A stretch of 33,000 bases of DNA from Dicyema japonicum (lineage: Eukaryota; Animalia; Dicyemida), in NCBI GenBank assembly GCA_011109175.1, contig RDEW01000028.1, forward strand, positions 572,458 to 605,457, read 5' to 3'. Position numbers and translations under genes: made by a program. This document shows, piece after piece, positions 10,250 through 21,300 of the stretch. The first letter of the stretch is position 1. Each line of letters opens with the position of its first letter. The notes beneath the pieces were generated by a model, which was not told the origin of the DNA, did no database searches, and worked only from the letters and a program-made list of their open reading frames with translations.

Positions 10250-10870
10250 ACTTGGCAATCATAGAGGATGCTTGCCAGTTATATCTCCACAGATCAGGGT
10301 ATCACCCAATTTAGGCGAGGAAGATAAGACGTCCATAAAATAGCTCATTGGCCATAACCCAGGGCACGTAGATGTTCACGATGGATATTTTCCCTTTTGT
10401 GATTCTAATGGATATCAATAAGATCGCCATTATCTAAATATTACAAATTTGAAGTCTATCCAGAACAGAGTGAGCAGGTGAACACCAAGTCTTTTTGCTC
10501 GGTTTGTCAGTATATGGTTACAGTCGGAGAATATAGAGTAGGACTGTTAAGTGCAATGCAATCCATATGGCAATACCTTACATAAAGTGGTCAAAGCATT
10601 TGTCGCCAATGTTTTTCTGTTTTTCGTGTCTTCATCTTCTCCAAGTAACGAGACTAGTTTCTTAGTTTTCTTCCAGGATTCCTCTGATCGGTTTATTTCT
10701 CCTATACATGTGTACTCAGTCCCCAACATTATTAATCAAGAACAAGTCCAAGAATGCATGCAGGGAACCAGTCCAAGGATTAGTTGTTTAAAAGGAAGAG
10801 AAGGTGGGTCTTCCGCAACTGCTACAAACAGGTCTTTTTTTGGCTTTTCTCCAATCCTTTGACTTTTTCG
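10250..10870 (-). mobile_element. RTE-like RT fragment (10440-10870) adjoining an APE endonuclease fragment (10250-10400)
   Basis: TEYTCIGEINRSEESWKKTKKLVSLLGEDED matches EEKWRHTKKLGSLLGESED at about 28150-28200. DTLICGDITGKHPL resembles the APE GDFNxHHPxW motif. Confidence 0.7.
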
Positions 10871-11099
10871 TGATTTCAGAAGAGCCTATTACTGTCGGCC
10901 ACGTGATTTAATTTCTTTAATGAAATTAATTTTGAATCATCTGCACATACCAAAATTTTACAGCAAAGAATCTTCCTTCTCGTGGACTTGATTAACCCAG
11001 AGCACTTTCAAGGAAACTGATGATTAACAAAAACATAACGACAAAAAGTGAACGCTCTTATAGATAAGTCGATCGGATATGGTCCGACGTGACCTGATT

Positions 11100-11375
11100 A
11101 CTAAAATTGTTCCAAAGATCAAGGATAAAACCAAACTAATTCCTTAATCCTAATTCGTTCCTGCAGAACTCTCATCCAAGCACAGTGATCCAGATGATGT
11201 TGTCCGGGAAACTGAGTTCGATTCCAGAACTCGTCGCCAGGGAGTGAAATTATTTCCAGGATTCTTTTGAATCTCGGCCAAGCATTGGGTGTCTCCTTAG
11301 TAAAGTGGATCCAATTACGCTACCGTCAGGAAGGAAGAAAAATCTTCAATCAAGTAACCACATGGCACGTGCATG
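11100..11375. repeat. Dispersed pseudoknot-core repeat copy
   Basis: Colinear with the reverse complement of 15720-16020 (CGATTCCAGAACTCGTCGC; GGCCA.GCATTGGG; GTGGATCCAAT.ACG; AAAT.TTCAA.CAA). Confidence 0.8.
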
Positions 11376-11812
11376 ATTTACGTACTCGATTCAGTTTTTT
11401 CACGAAAGTGTTGTTTATTAAGGAAAATAATTTTAAAATAATTATGTTTAAAAAATTCGAGACTTGAAACGTTATCGACTCAATAAAGGTTCCTTATATC
11501 ACTGAATTAAAAATATCAGGTAACCCATCTCAAATTATCCCCAAATACTATAAGGTGTCATCTAGATATCCGATGTGGATCACCTCGTGGGAAGAGCGAA
11601 CGTTATGTTTTATATGATGGATAAAACCCTCATCCCTTTCCCCATTGGGACCACAATGATTGTATTTAGGATACTTTAACTCGCTTACATTATTATTTTA
11701 TTATTTTAACTCGCTTGCATAAACATCTCTTGTCCCGTCATCGGATTATTTTAAATCAAAATGAATTTAATTGAATAATAATTATCTAATTATTTTTCAA
11801 TTAAATTCAAAA

Positions 11813-14151
11813 ATGTGTGATTCTTTGTTCCTTCCAGTCGGCACAAGGGTTTCTGCTAAATTCTGTGGCGCCTATTGCAAGGCAGTAATAAAATCCGTAG
11901 AAAGAAGAGGCTTAATATCTGTATATGTGAAACTGTTTATTCTAAGGTACTGACGAACTCTAAAGAAACTGTGAAAATTGACTGTGTGGATTACATTTCT
12001 GGGAAGATGCTAGTGAGTCAGCTGTTCATATTTAGCCATCTTCTCTCATTAAGGTCCGTCATAATAGCTCCGAGGTACTTGTGACATTTCTGCAGTTTCA
12101 CGATCACAGCATGTACAGAGTCAGTTGTGCTTAATTGAAACATTTTAGTATTTGACGACGGGGAAGGAAAAATAGTGCGACGCAGTCAAATACGTAAAAT
12201 TACGATCGATACTCATGCCAATACTGTGGTCTGACTGTTTGCTTTACTTTTTAGTATCCCGTGCTTGAATCTACCAGAATGGCCAAAAAACGAATGAAGC
12301 TTCTTAAGTATATATCGCATAACCTGAGTAGGACTGAATGTGCCCATAAACCTCAACAAGTCGAGTCCGTGGACGTTGGAGATGTAGTTCTGTTGCCTGA
12401 CAGCGAAAAATCCGAAAAAGAATTTGCTGTGCCAGCAATAGTGTGCGATCCTACCGCAGATTACGTGGGGTCTTCCTCTGAAAGCGGGAAAATACTCATA
12501 AAGTCCTTTTATGACGGGAATTTGTAAGCTTTATGTTAGTAATCCGTCTTAGTCATTTGGTTGATAAATCAGGGCTCTCTTCTTTCGTACGTAACAAAGT
12601 GAGGATATCCCCCGACTCAAAAATGTACAGAGCTGTCGAACAAGCCTGTATTTATTGTGATCTCAAACGACTCCCTGAAGACTGGTCAGATCAGGAACTT
12701 TTGGGGAAATCCAAGACTGAAGAGGGAAAAAATGTTCTAATAAACCTAAAACCTAGTCACTTTCGGGGTCAGAGTCTCAGAAGTACCCTCTGATATCGAA
12801 AACAAGGATCTCTTCGTGGCTCACTTTTTCAAGTTTTTGGAGGACTGCAGAACTCCAATAAATACGACTCCCATGCTAGGCAACCGTGAAATTGATTACT
12901 ACGAATTTTTTAAGGTTGTGAAGAACCTCGGTGGTTATAAAAAGGTACGAGTAAGTTGATCCACGTTCTTAGGTCTCAAAAGATGTTAAATGGCACCTTG
13001 TGCGGGAAAAAATGAAGAATTATGAATGTGACACACAAGAGATAAGACAGGCCTATATAAAGTTATAATTATTGATATTGTTGGTATTTGAGTCAGTTTG
13101 AGGACTTTAACAAGAAATTTGGGTTCGTAGTCCTTAATAGATCGACAGGAATCATTTCGGGGGCTTCTTGGAGAGAACAGAACATCCCTTCAAATCGAAT
13201 AGTCGTCCCTTTCAGCAAGGTCCTATTTTTTGTTATTTTTAGAAGAAAACGATGACCTCTTCTCCAAAAATAAACATCAAGGAGAGCAATGGTAGAAAAA
13301 TATCCCGACTGGTGAGTTTTTGCTTATTTTCGAAGGACTTGTCTAGTTTGGTGAAAGACGAGAATTTCTACAAGACAAGGGACGAGTTCTTCCTTCCTGG
13401 CAATATTTTTGAAATTATGACCGACGAAACCACCTTGACTTACAGAATTAAAATAATTGCTGTTGATGATCGGGATGACTCCAAATACTACCAAGTACAC
13501 TACGTTGGCTGGAATGTACTAATTTGATTTACACTTCAGGTTAAGTTTGACGACGTGTTTGACGAGGCTACTCTGTGGATGTTGCTAAATGAGGTTAAAG
13601 GCAACTGGAATAAACTGGGTATTCGATCCAATGAGAATACTGATTGTTGTACTGAAAGACGTTGTGCCTTCTACAAGAATGTGGCCATTGATACAGAAGA
13701 GATGAACCACCCATCCATATTTAAGTTGGAAAGTGCCCAGAATACTGAGATTCGGAAGGAAGTTGAGAGTAAAGACATTAAATTTTCGCCCAAAACGGAG
13801 GAAAGACATTCCAGTGAATGGAGACAAAAATTCACGGTACCCCCCACCATCAATTCATATGTCAGTACTTTGGTTGACAGTAAGTGTTTTGGTGATGTTT
13901 AGATTTGGCTGCCATAAAGGATGAAACCGAAATGATGGACTTTGTAGAGGAATATAATAAAAGTGTGCTAAATTTAGGTTTTTGGGTGATGTTATTCTGT
14001 AGACGGAGTTGAAGATTTGACTGATGAGGAACAGTGCGTGTTTTGGGAGAACAGATTGGAACAGATGCACAGATTGTATAAGAAGACTAAAAGGCTGAGG
14101 AATGCATTGGTTCGTTATAGGGAGAAAAATAAGAGAATTAAAGATTTGTGA
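11813..14151 (+). CDS. ARID4: ARID4A/ARID4B (RBBP1/hat-trick)-like chromatin protein: Tudor, RBB1NT, ARID, chromo-barrel and C-terminal coiled region
   Basis: Domain motifs in order: LPVGTRVSAKFCGAYCKAVIK, IFDDG, VPAIV..IKSFYDG, LPEDW, DLFVAHFFKFLEDCRTPINTTPMLGNREID, VHYVGWNVKFDD, EQCVFWENRLEQMHRLY. Thirteen modelled introns of 22-29 nt. The frame closes (2019 nt) only with one added base at 12727-12732 and a GT-TG intron at 13062-13083 (or a 31-nt GT-AG alternative). Confidence 0.88.
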
Positions 14152-14224
14152 TATTTTTTAATTTAAATTTTTAAAATATGTTTAATATTTTGTTTTCTAT
14201 ATTATAAAACTAAATTTGTGTGTA

Positions 14225-14317
14225 TGTGTGTGCATGGTTCTACAGTTAGACGTCAATGGGATAAGAAGCAAGATTTTGGGACTACGCTCTCTCCGGGTTT
14301 TGGAAATAATCTGTATA
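14225..14317 (+). mobile_element. LINE APE endonuclease N-terminal fragment truncated by a Tigger-like insertion
   Basis: VLQLDVNGIRSKILGLRSLRVLEIICI(Q) follows the APE start pattern LQLNxNGIxxK..DIxCIQET. Confidence 0.6.
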
Positions 14318-15230
14318 CAGTCCCACCCCGGCGGTGGGGTACCCCGCTTTTCGGGGCATTTTTCATTTAGAGTCTATTTTCCAGCATTAATTTCCACATT
14401 TGGAAATTTTCTGGAGCCCCAAACCGGGGCACAAAGTATTTGAAATATTCCAGAAACTCAGAGAACATAATTTTCCAATATCAAGGCCAATCATTAAAAA
14501 ATAGGCTTTTTTGTTGCATCAAATATTGGACTACAGTACTTCTATGTTGCAATTATGAGGGTGAAAACTTGAACCATTGATTATTGGGAAATATAATAAA
14601 CCTCGCTGTTTCAAAAATTTCGATTTTTTAATCGAAATTTTATGTCTTCAGGACATCGAAAGTGATCTTAAAGAACGTCTTTCAAAACTCAACCTTCATC
14701 AGGTTGCAATGCTGGTTTCAAAAAGTTGAAATAAAGTAACAGAAATTTCAATCACAGATTGTTGGAAACAAATTGAAAAAAATCGTGATGTCTAAAATAT
14801 TTATGATCGCCTAACTGATGAAATAATGACCGGAGCTGTAAATGAAATATTAACGGAGGCTGATGATGAAGAAACTATTGAATGCGTCACTTTTATCTAT
14901 AATGGAGATATAGCTGAATACGAGGACGTGACAGAGAAACAAATTCTGGAAACTTTGAATTCTCTGGAACAGAACATTTTCTGCATAACACCAAAGTCAT
15001 TAAAAAATTCTACGAATTCCGAATGACAGTAATGAGAAACATCCGAAATGGTTACAAAATTGGAGGAAAAATAACCGATTACTTCGTTAGCGACTTGATA
15101 GATTCATTAATCATAAAATAAGATATCTTGCCTTTTTTTACATTTATATAGTTTAAAATAAAAGATTTTAGAATGGAAAAAACAATAACCCCTGTTTTCG
15201 CACAAAGTGTCCCAAACCGGGGTTACACTG
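14318..15230 (+). mobile_element. Internally deleted Tigger/pogo-like DNA transposon with TA target duplication
   Basis: TA|CAGTCCCACCCCGG left end and CCGGGGTTACACTG|TA right end. DDE remnants PLIIGKY..PRCFKN and SKS*NKVTEISITDCWK. Confidence 0.8.
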
Positions 15231-15719
15231 TAATAGGGATGAAAATACTGCGAATATACTATCTCCTGATGGACTCATTCTTTTCAAGCGCTATTTTCAT
15301 CCATATCAGCAGGAGACAGTTTTTGAACATAAAAAAGTCCAATATGGTCCAGAAAGGTCAATCTGTCAACAAACATGCCCAAAAGCGTCCCTTTCTTACA
15401 CTCCCTTATTTGACCTTTTTTATTTCACAACCAATGAAATCAAGTGAGCTGAGGTCCGTAATTCGAATATCTAAAGCAATGTCCTCTATTTGTTTTGTGA
15501 CAGAAGGCCTTAAGGATTCTATAGGGATAATCTTGCTGAGTCAGGTGTTCAAATTGTTTGAAATAGTTTTTTAATCTATTAAGTTGTTTTATATAACAAC
15601 TTACCAATTAAATAATTAAATGATTTTTTTGATTGAATTTTATTGACTTATTATCATTTTGACAGTTTGCGTATTTTTCTGAGTTCAGAAAAAAAATAAT
15701 TGTGTTTCCTCACGATTAT

Positions 15720-16020
15720 TAAGCTGCATGGCGCCATGTGATGTATGTGGATAATTGGTTGAAAATTTCTCTTCCTTCCCTCTGATGGCGTCATTGGATC
15801 CACCTTATTAAGGAGATGCCCAATGCCTGGCCGGCATTCATTCCACAAGGAGACAATTTCGTTTCCTAGCGACGAGTTCTGGAATCGATTTCAGTTCACA
15901 AGACAACGTCCTTTGGATCACTGTTCTTTGGTGAAGGTCCTGCTGGAAGGTGTCAGTATCAAAGAATTAGTTAGTTTGGGTTTATCCTTGGTCTTTGGAA
16001 CAATTTTATTTATTTAGGTA
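15720..16020. repeat. Dispersed pseudoknot-core repeat copy
   Basis: Core GGCGTCATTGGATCCACCTTATTAAGGAGATGCCCAATGCCTGGCCGGCA at 15787-15836. Inverted homologue of 11100-11375. Confidence 0.8.
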
Positions 16021-16089
16021 CCTCTTTATTACTCCACTTTGAAACATTTTACAACTGTCAAGTCCTCGGTTTTTCCATGAATCTTTTTT

Positions 16090-16362
16090 TATTTATTAAC
16101 CCCGGATACACCGAGAAAGAAGTTAAGTGAACAACTAATTAAGTGTATCCAGTTTCCACTTCTACAGAAACAGTGTCTATCTGGAATTAACATAAAAAAA
16201 TAAAAGACGTCCATTTTGCAATTGTGGAAACCCCTCCTGTGGAGTGGGGGAGAGCAAATGATCCTGTTTCGTGCCAGCCAGGCACTGGGCGCCACCTAAA
16301 CAGGTGGATCACATGACGTCACCCTAATAGGAAGAGAAATTATTTATTAACCCCGGATACAC
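16090..16362. repeat. Pseudoknot-core repeat copy bracketed by a perfect 22-nt direct repeat
   Basis: TATTTATTAACCCCGGATACAC at 16090-16111 and 16341-16362. Core on the minus strand at 16259-16320. Confidence 0.8.
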
Positions 16363-16424
16363 AAAAAGAGGAGAGTGATTGCCAGCGATTTTGATAATTA
16401 GTTAAAATAATTAAAATATCGGAA

Positions 16425-17640
16425 ATAATTTATTAAGGAAAAAAAGTGAGTAAATGGTCATATACCGGCCGCCCTGATTGCTGGCTATTCCATCAGGATG
16501 GCGAGCGAGATTCCTTCAAATAATCAGCAGCGCTCACGGGGGTCCCTGATCGTGTAAAAATCCGATTCCCTAGACGACTCAGGAATTCCAGCGTCGCAGG
16601 CGCAAGGGAACCAGACGTTTCAACGGCGATCGGAATAAACATAAATCCTTTGGTAGAACCGCGTACTTTTCCCGTTTCAATCTCTCGGCCTTCTCAACGG
16701 CGGAACAGGCCCCAGAGGCACTTTGAAATAGGTTGCAAGGGGCAAACGTGTCGGTGCAGGTAACGTCCCAGACAAGAGGTTTCCCGGTTTCAAAAAGGAA
16801 TATTGTCATCCTATCTGGTCGTTTTCCGTCACGCCTGCATAGACCGACTGGTTCGAGCATGGAGGGGTGTCCGGCGGTTTCCAAAGCTCGCCTAAAGACT
16901 TCGTTCAAGGCCATGTGTCTGGGAAATCTGCCTGCACTCTTACTGCAAGAAAGAGGGTGTAGGGCAAAACATCTCCGCATCGGCACGGATGTGGAACACA
17001 GATTTTAATCCCAGTCGTAATGAGATCCCAATACGGACGCATTCATCATCCTGAAAGGTACCCAAAACTCCATTGAGAATGGCGTTGAGCCAGGAACCGT
17101 TCTCGGAAGACGCCCCCGACAACAAACAGGCACGGCGATCTTGGCTAGATGACACTAGCAAATCTTTGAAAGAATTCCGGCATTTAACATCGTCCAGGTC
17201 CCGCTGAGAGAACGCAGAAAGCAGGGAAAGCTGATAAGTGCGGCTCCAGGCCTCACGAGCATGGCTGGCGTCTTGGTCAATAGGGAATTCAGGGAGGAGT
17301 GTAGAATCCTCTTGAAAAGGATGTTACAGGCCCTTAGCGACGAGAGATATGCAGGTAGATCCTCACAGGGATAGTCCGTGAATAACTTAACTCAGATATG
17401 AGGCGTAAGAATGTTTCGGGGTCCATGGTTGATGAGTAATTAACAGGAGAGTTAACAGTGGGCGGCACGGGGAACCTCCCTGCATAGGCCGAAGCATGAC
17501 TGGCAGTGCCATACTCCAAGCACGCTCGCTGTGGCTTAGGATAGCTTTATACACCCTAGGTGGAAGAAATCTCCACAAGCAGAGCAGTAGATCCCACCCT
17601 TCCGAGTTTTGACTACCCGACAGGATGAACACATTTCAGA
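16425..17640 (-). mobile_element. 5'-truncated RLE-type (CRE-like) non-LTR retrotransposon
   Basis: WSMALPV..GG; RRACLLSGASSENGSWLNAI..LGTFQDDECVRIGISLRLG; HPLSCSKSAGRFPRHMALNEVFRRAL; DGKRPDRMT..GKPLVWDVTCTDTFA. Frameshifted. Confidence 0.85.
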
Positions 17641-17719
17641 TGACTTGGCTGGTAGAGTTAAAAGGGTATATTTATCAAAATAATTGCTTTGCAATGACTA
17701 ATCTGATGCCAAAAATATC

Positions 17720-17860
17720 ATTGTTCGACCACTTTTTTACTTGGGGATCGATCCCATATAGTCCTTAACTTTAATCTAATACCAAAAAATATCATTTTTA
17801 TCCCATTTTAGAAATCACTTTTTCGACATCTTTACTCGACCTCTTTCCATGTCGTCTCTA
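17720..17860 (-). repeat. Inverted copy of the 4440-4770 repeat
   Basis: Reverse complement reads AAAGTTAAGGACTATATGGGATCGATCCCCAAGTAAAAAAGTGGTCGAA, versus AAAGTTAAGGATTTCATGGGATCGATCCCCAAGTGAAGAAGAGGTCGAA at about 4510-4558. Confidence 0.75.
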
Positions 17861-18396
17861 ACTTTAATTTGAGTTCTAACGCCTACCTTGGCCTTTACTT
17901 TGGATTTTTGAAAATTAGACCATTTTGCCTAATTCTAGAATCATATAGTATAGAGCTAAATTATGGAATTTTTGTGGACAAACAGTCAGACATTAGTATT
18001 TTTTAAAAGTTTCTTTATTAGAAAGAAAATAATAATCAATAAACTAAAGTTAGACATCCATCTATCCCATGAGTCCACTTATAGGACTAATTTTTTCCCC
18101 TGTGATTTTATACTGCACCACATAATACTTCCCGCCTTTGACATATCTCCATTGTATTTGTTTCATCAGGAACACCCTCGGGAAACGTTTCTTTCAATGC
18201 AGAATAAACACACATGCAAAACACTATAGTATTTATAATAACCTTTAGATTTCATAAAGTCCGTTCATTCAATTTTAAATTTAAATTTATTGAACCAAAA
18301 AACACCTTGGGAATTGATCTGAGCAAGGCTTTCGACAGCATAAACAGAGAAAAACTAATGAACATACTAACCAAAATATTAAATGAGGACCCCCTG

Positions 18397-21300
18397 CTAC
18401 TCTCGTTAGTTACTCTCGTTGTTGCTATGAGGAATACGAGAATATTTTCAGATAAAGATATGTTTAAAAACTCTGAGTAGGAAGTCAGTGTTACTGCTAT
18501 CCTAGAAGTAAAAAACTGCTTAATGGGTGCACTCCGAATATTCAATACTATATGTAGTAAGGATTCTCTCAAGGTGGCTCGAATATCGCGCCGACACACA
18601 GGAGAATTTCTCCTGAACTTTAAAACTACAAGTGATTTGGAAGGTTTCCAGAATCAACTAGAAGAAAGAAAACCTTTTGAGTTAATGGACATTCATTACA
18701 AAAAGCTACGCCGAGACCCTTAGTAGTTATGCTCAAAAGTCTTCCGACGTGGATTGAAACCAATGAGTTGGAAGAATACCTTGGAACGATATTGGGAGAA
18801 AAATTTACGGTTGAAAGATTTGAAAAGCAGGGCATCAGACTATCTGTTGCCAAACTTACAATTTCGGACAGAAATGAGGCTGAATCTCTTGTAAGATTTG
18901 GACTGATAATTGGATATCTGAAGATAAAAGTTGAATGGTTCAATAAACCAGAGATCCAATGTTTTCGTTGTCAACAGTTTGGTCATATTGCTCGTTTTTG
19001 CAAGAATGTTGAAAGATGCCTTGTTTGTTCTGGGCCACATAGAAGATCGCAGTGTCCGGTTACAAACAATAATAAGTCGTGTGTGAATTTGTGGTTCATC
19101 CAGCCACTTTGCCAATTATGGAGGATGCCCCAAGGCTGTTGAAGCTAACATAGCGAAGAAAAACAAAATTGACCAAAAAAGGAAAGAATCGAATGGAAAA
19201 TTATCTCTAAAACGAAAAATGCCCATAATGGAGAAAGTGAAGTTTCCAATATTGGAACGAATAAGAAATTAAGAATGTATGAGCAGACTGGCTGGAATAC
19301 GACATATAATAAGAAACCTTTTATAAAAGAAACAGTAGAAACTTCAACACAGACAAGCAGTTTTGATGATAGTGACCAGGCGGAAGCACCTGTTAGAAAA
19401 GTGACTTTTGGAGTTGCTACACAGACTATCGAGACTCACTCAAACATCTAGTCTGAAAATGAAGAAGTAGTAGCTTCCAACTTGATTCTTGACAAGTTGG
19501 AGAGAAGCATTAAAGATATGACTAAACGAAAAAGGATTCTAAATTTTTACTAGATTTGGTGGCGCTCTTAAGAAGAGAGGGCAGCCACCAAAAAAACCAG
19601 AAGTAGTCAGGATAACCCTGATTAATGCCCGTTCTCTTCCGAAACGGGCCTCAGTGCTGGTTGCTCTAGCCAGCACGATCCAGATGGATGTTCTAATTAT
19701 AAACGAAACTAAATTGAAGAAAAGACCATTTAAAATTGATGGATACGACTCATTAGATATTTTTTGGAAGACTGGTTCTTGTGCTGGAACAGGAACTTCA
19801 ATTTACTACAAAACTTCTTTAAATACAAGACTACCCACAATCAATGAAGAAAATCTTTGTGAACTAGCAAGCATTCAACTACAAACAACCATGGGATGGA
19901 TAACTATCGGAGGAATCTATTCTAAAAAACTACGAGAGTATCCATGGATTGTTGACAAATTTATGGAAAACAATGAATATCCAATCCTTGTTGGGGACAT
20001 GAACGCTAAACATACTGAATATGGTTGTGTAACAACCAATCAAGATGGAAAATGCCTTGTAAATGGATGAAGTCTGGAGAGTTAAAGATTTTAACTTCGA
20101 TCGAAATTAATCACTTTGCACCGAGTAGTGGGGACAAGCTCAGAGTTTTTGTGATGCCTCAGAATCTGAGCAAAATTTATGAGCACCCATATGTGGAGCA
20201 AGATATTGGAAGCGACCATCTTCCACAAACTTTGGAAATAGGGACGGGGCCTATATCTGCTGAAAGAACTTTTGTTGGCTACAATTTTAATAATGTCAAC
20301 TGGGTTGATTTCGATTATTTTATACGAGTGAAACTGGGAAATGTCTGTGATCTATTGATCTTGGACTCCTCAGATATTGATTACTTGGATGACGGAAATT
20401 AGGACTTTGATATTGTGTTATTTGGACGAATATGGAAGTAAAAAATTCCGTATGCCGCATGGATGCTTATCAATAAGCTTAAAAGAAGATTCCCTCTATC
20501 GAGAGAAAAAATCACTTGAAAGTTAACTCAAAAGATGTTGGAACATTCCCGACTCGGAAAAGCTAAAGGTTCAGATCAGCTTAGTGAAAAATGAATTAAT
20601 GGAAATATCCAAACGAAAACAGGAAAATAAATGGAGAAGAGAATGCTCAAAGATCAATCACAAGAATGCAGACTTTTGGAAAGTATTCGCGAGATTGAAA
20701 TCCTCTGATGACAAATGTGATGAAATACACCTAAAATCATCCAATGGTTGTTGTATTTCAAAGGGGGAAATCCCAGAAATTCTACGGCAACAGTTAGCAA
20801 AAATTCAAAAAGTAGATCCTGCTTCCATTATTCCATGTGAATTTCGAAGCAATAATCATCACTATGATAGGATGGTGTCAATGAAGGGTCCTATGTGTAC
20901 TCCTATTTCCCCTGAAGAAGTAAAAATTGCGATTTGTAGCTGCAAGAACAAAACCCCTGGATGGGATTTTATCCCAATGAAAATATTCAAGAATGCAAAT
21001 GCTATGTTAATTGATGCATTAACCATGCTTTATAATGCCTCGTGGAAACTTGCTCACGTTCCATCGACCTGGAAAAAGTCGATTGTTCGGATGATTGGAA
21101 AGAAAAGCAAATCAAGATCTAATCCAGAAAATTATAGACCAATTAGTCTTATTTGTTCAACTTCAAAAATTATGGAGAAAATTGTCTTCAATAGATTATC
21201 AAAAGTGGTTGAGGAAAACAATTTTCTTGCAAACAATCAGTGGGGGTTCCGTAAAAATAGAGGAACTGAAGACTGCATCCGAACTTAGGAAGTCAATTCA

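Noticed and set aside
12075-12095. 21-nt GT-AG segment in ARID4 as an intron
   Set aside because: It is stop-free and in frame, and retaining it gives the spacing expected from the human Tudor region, so it was treated as coding. RNA-seq would decide.
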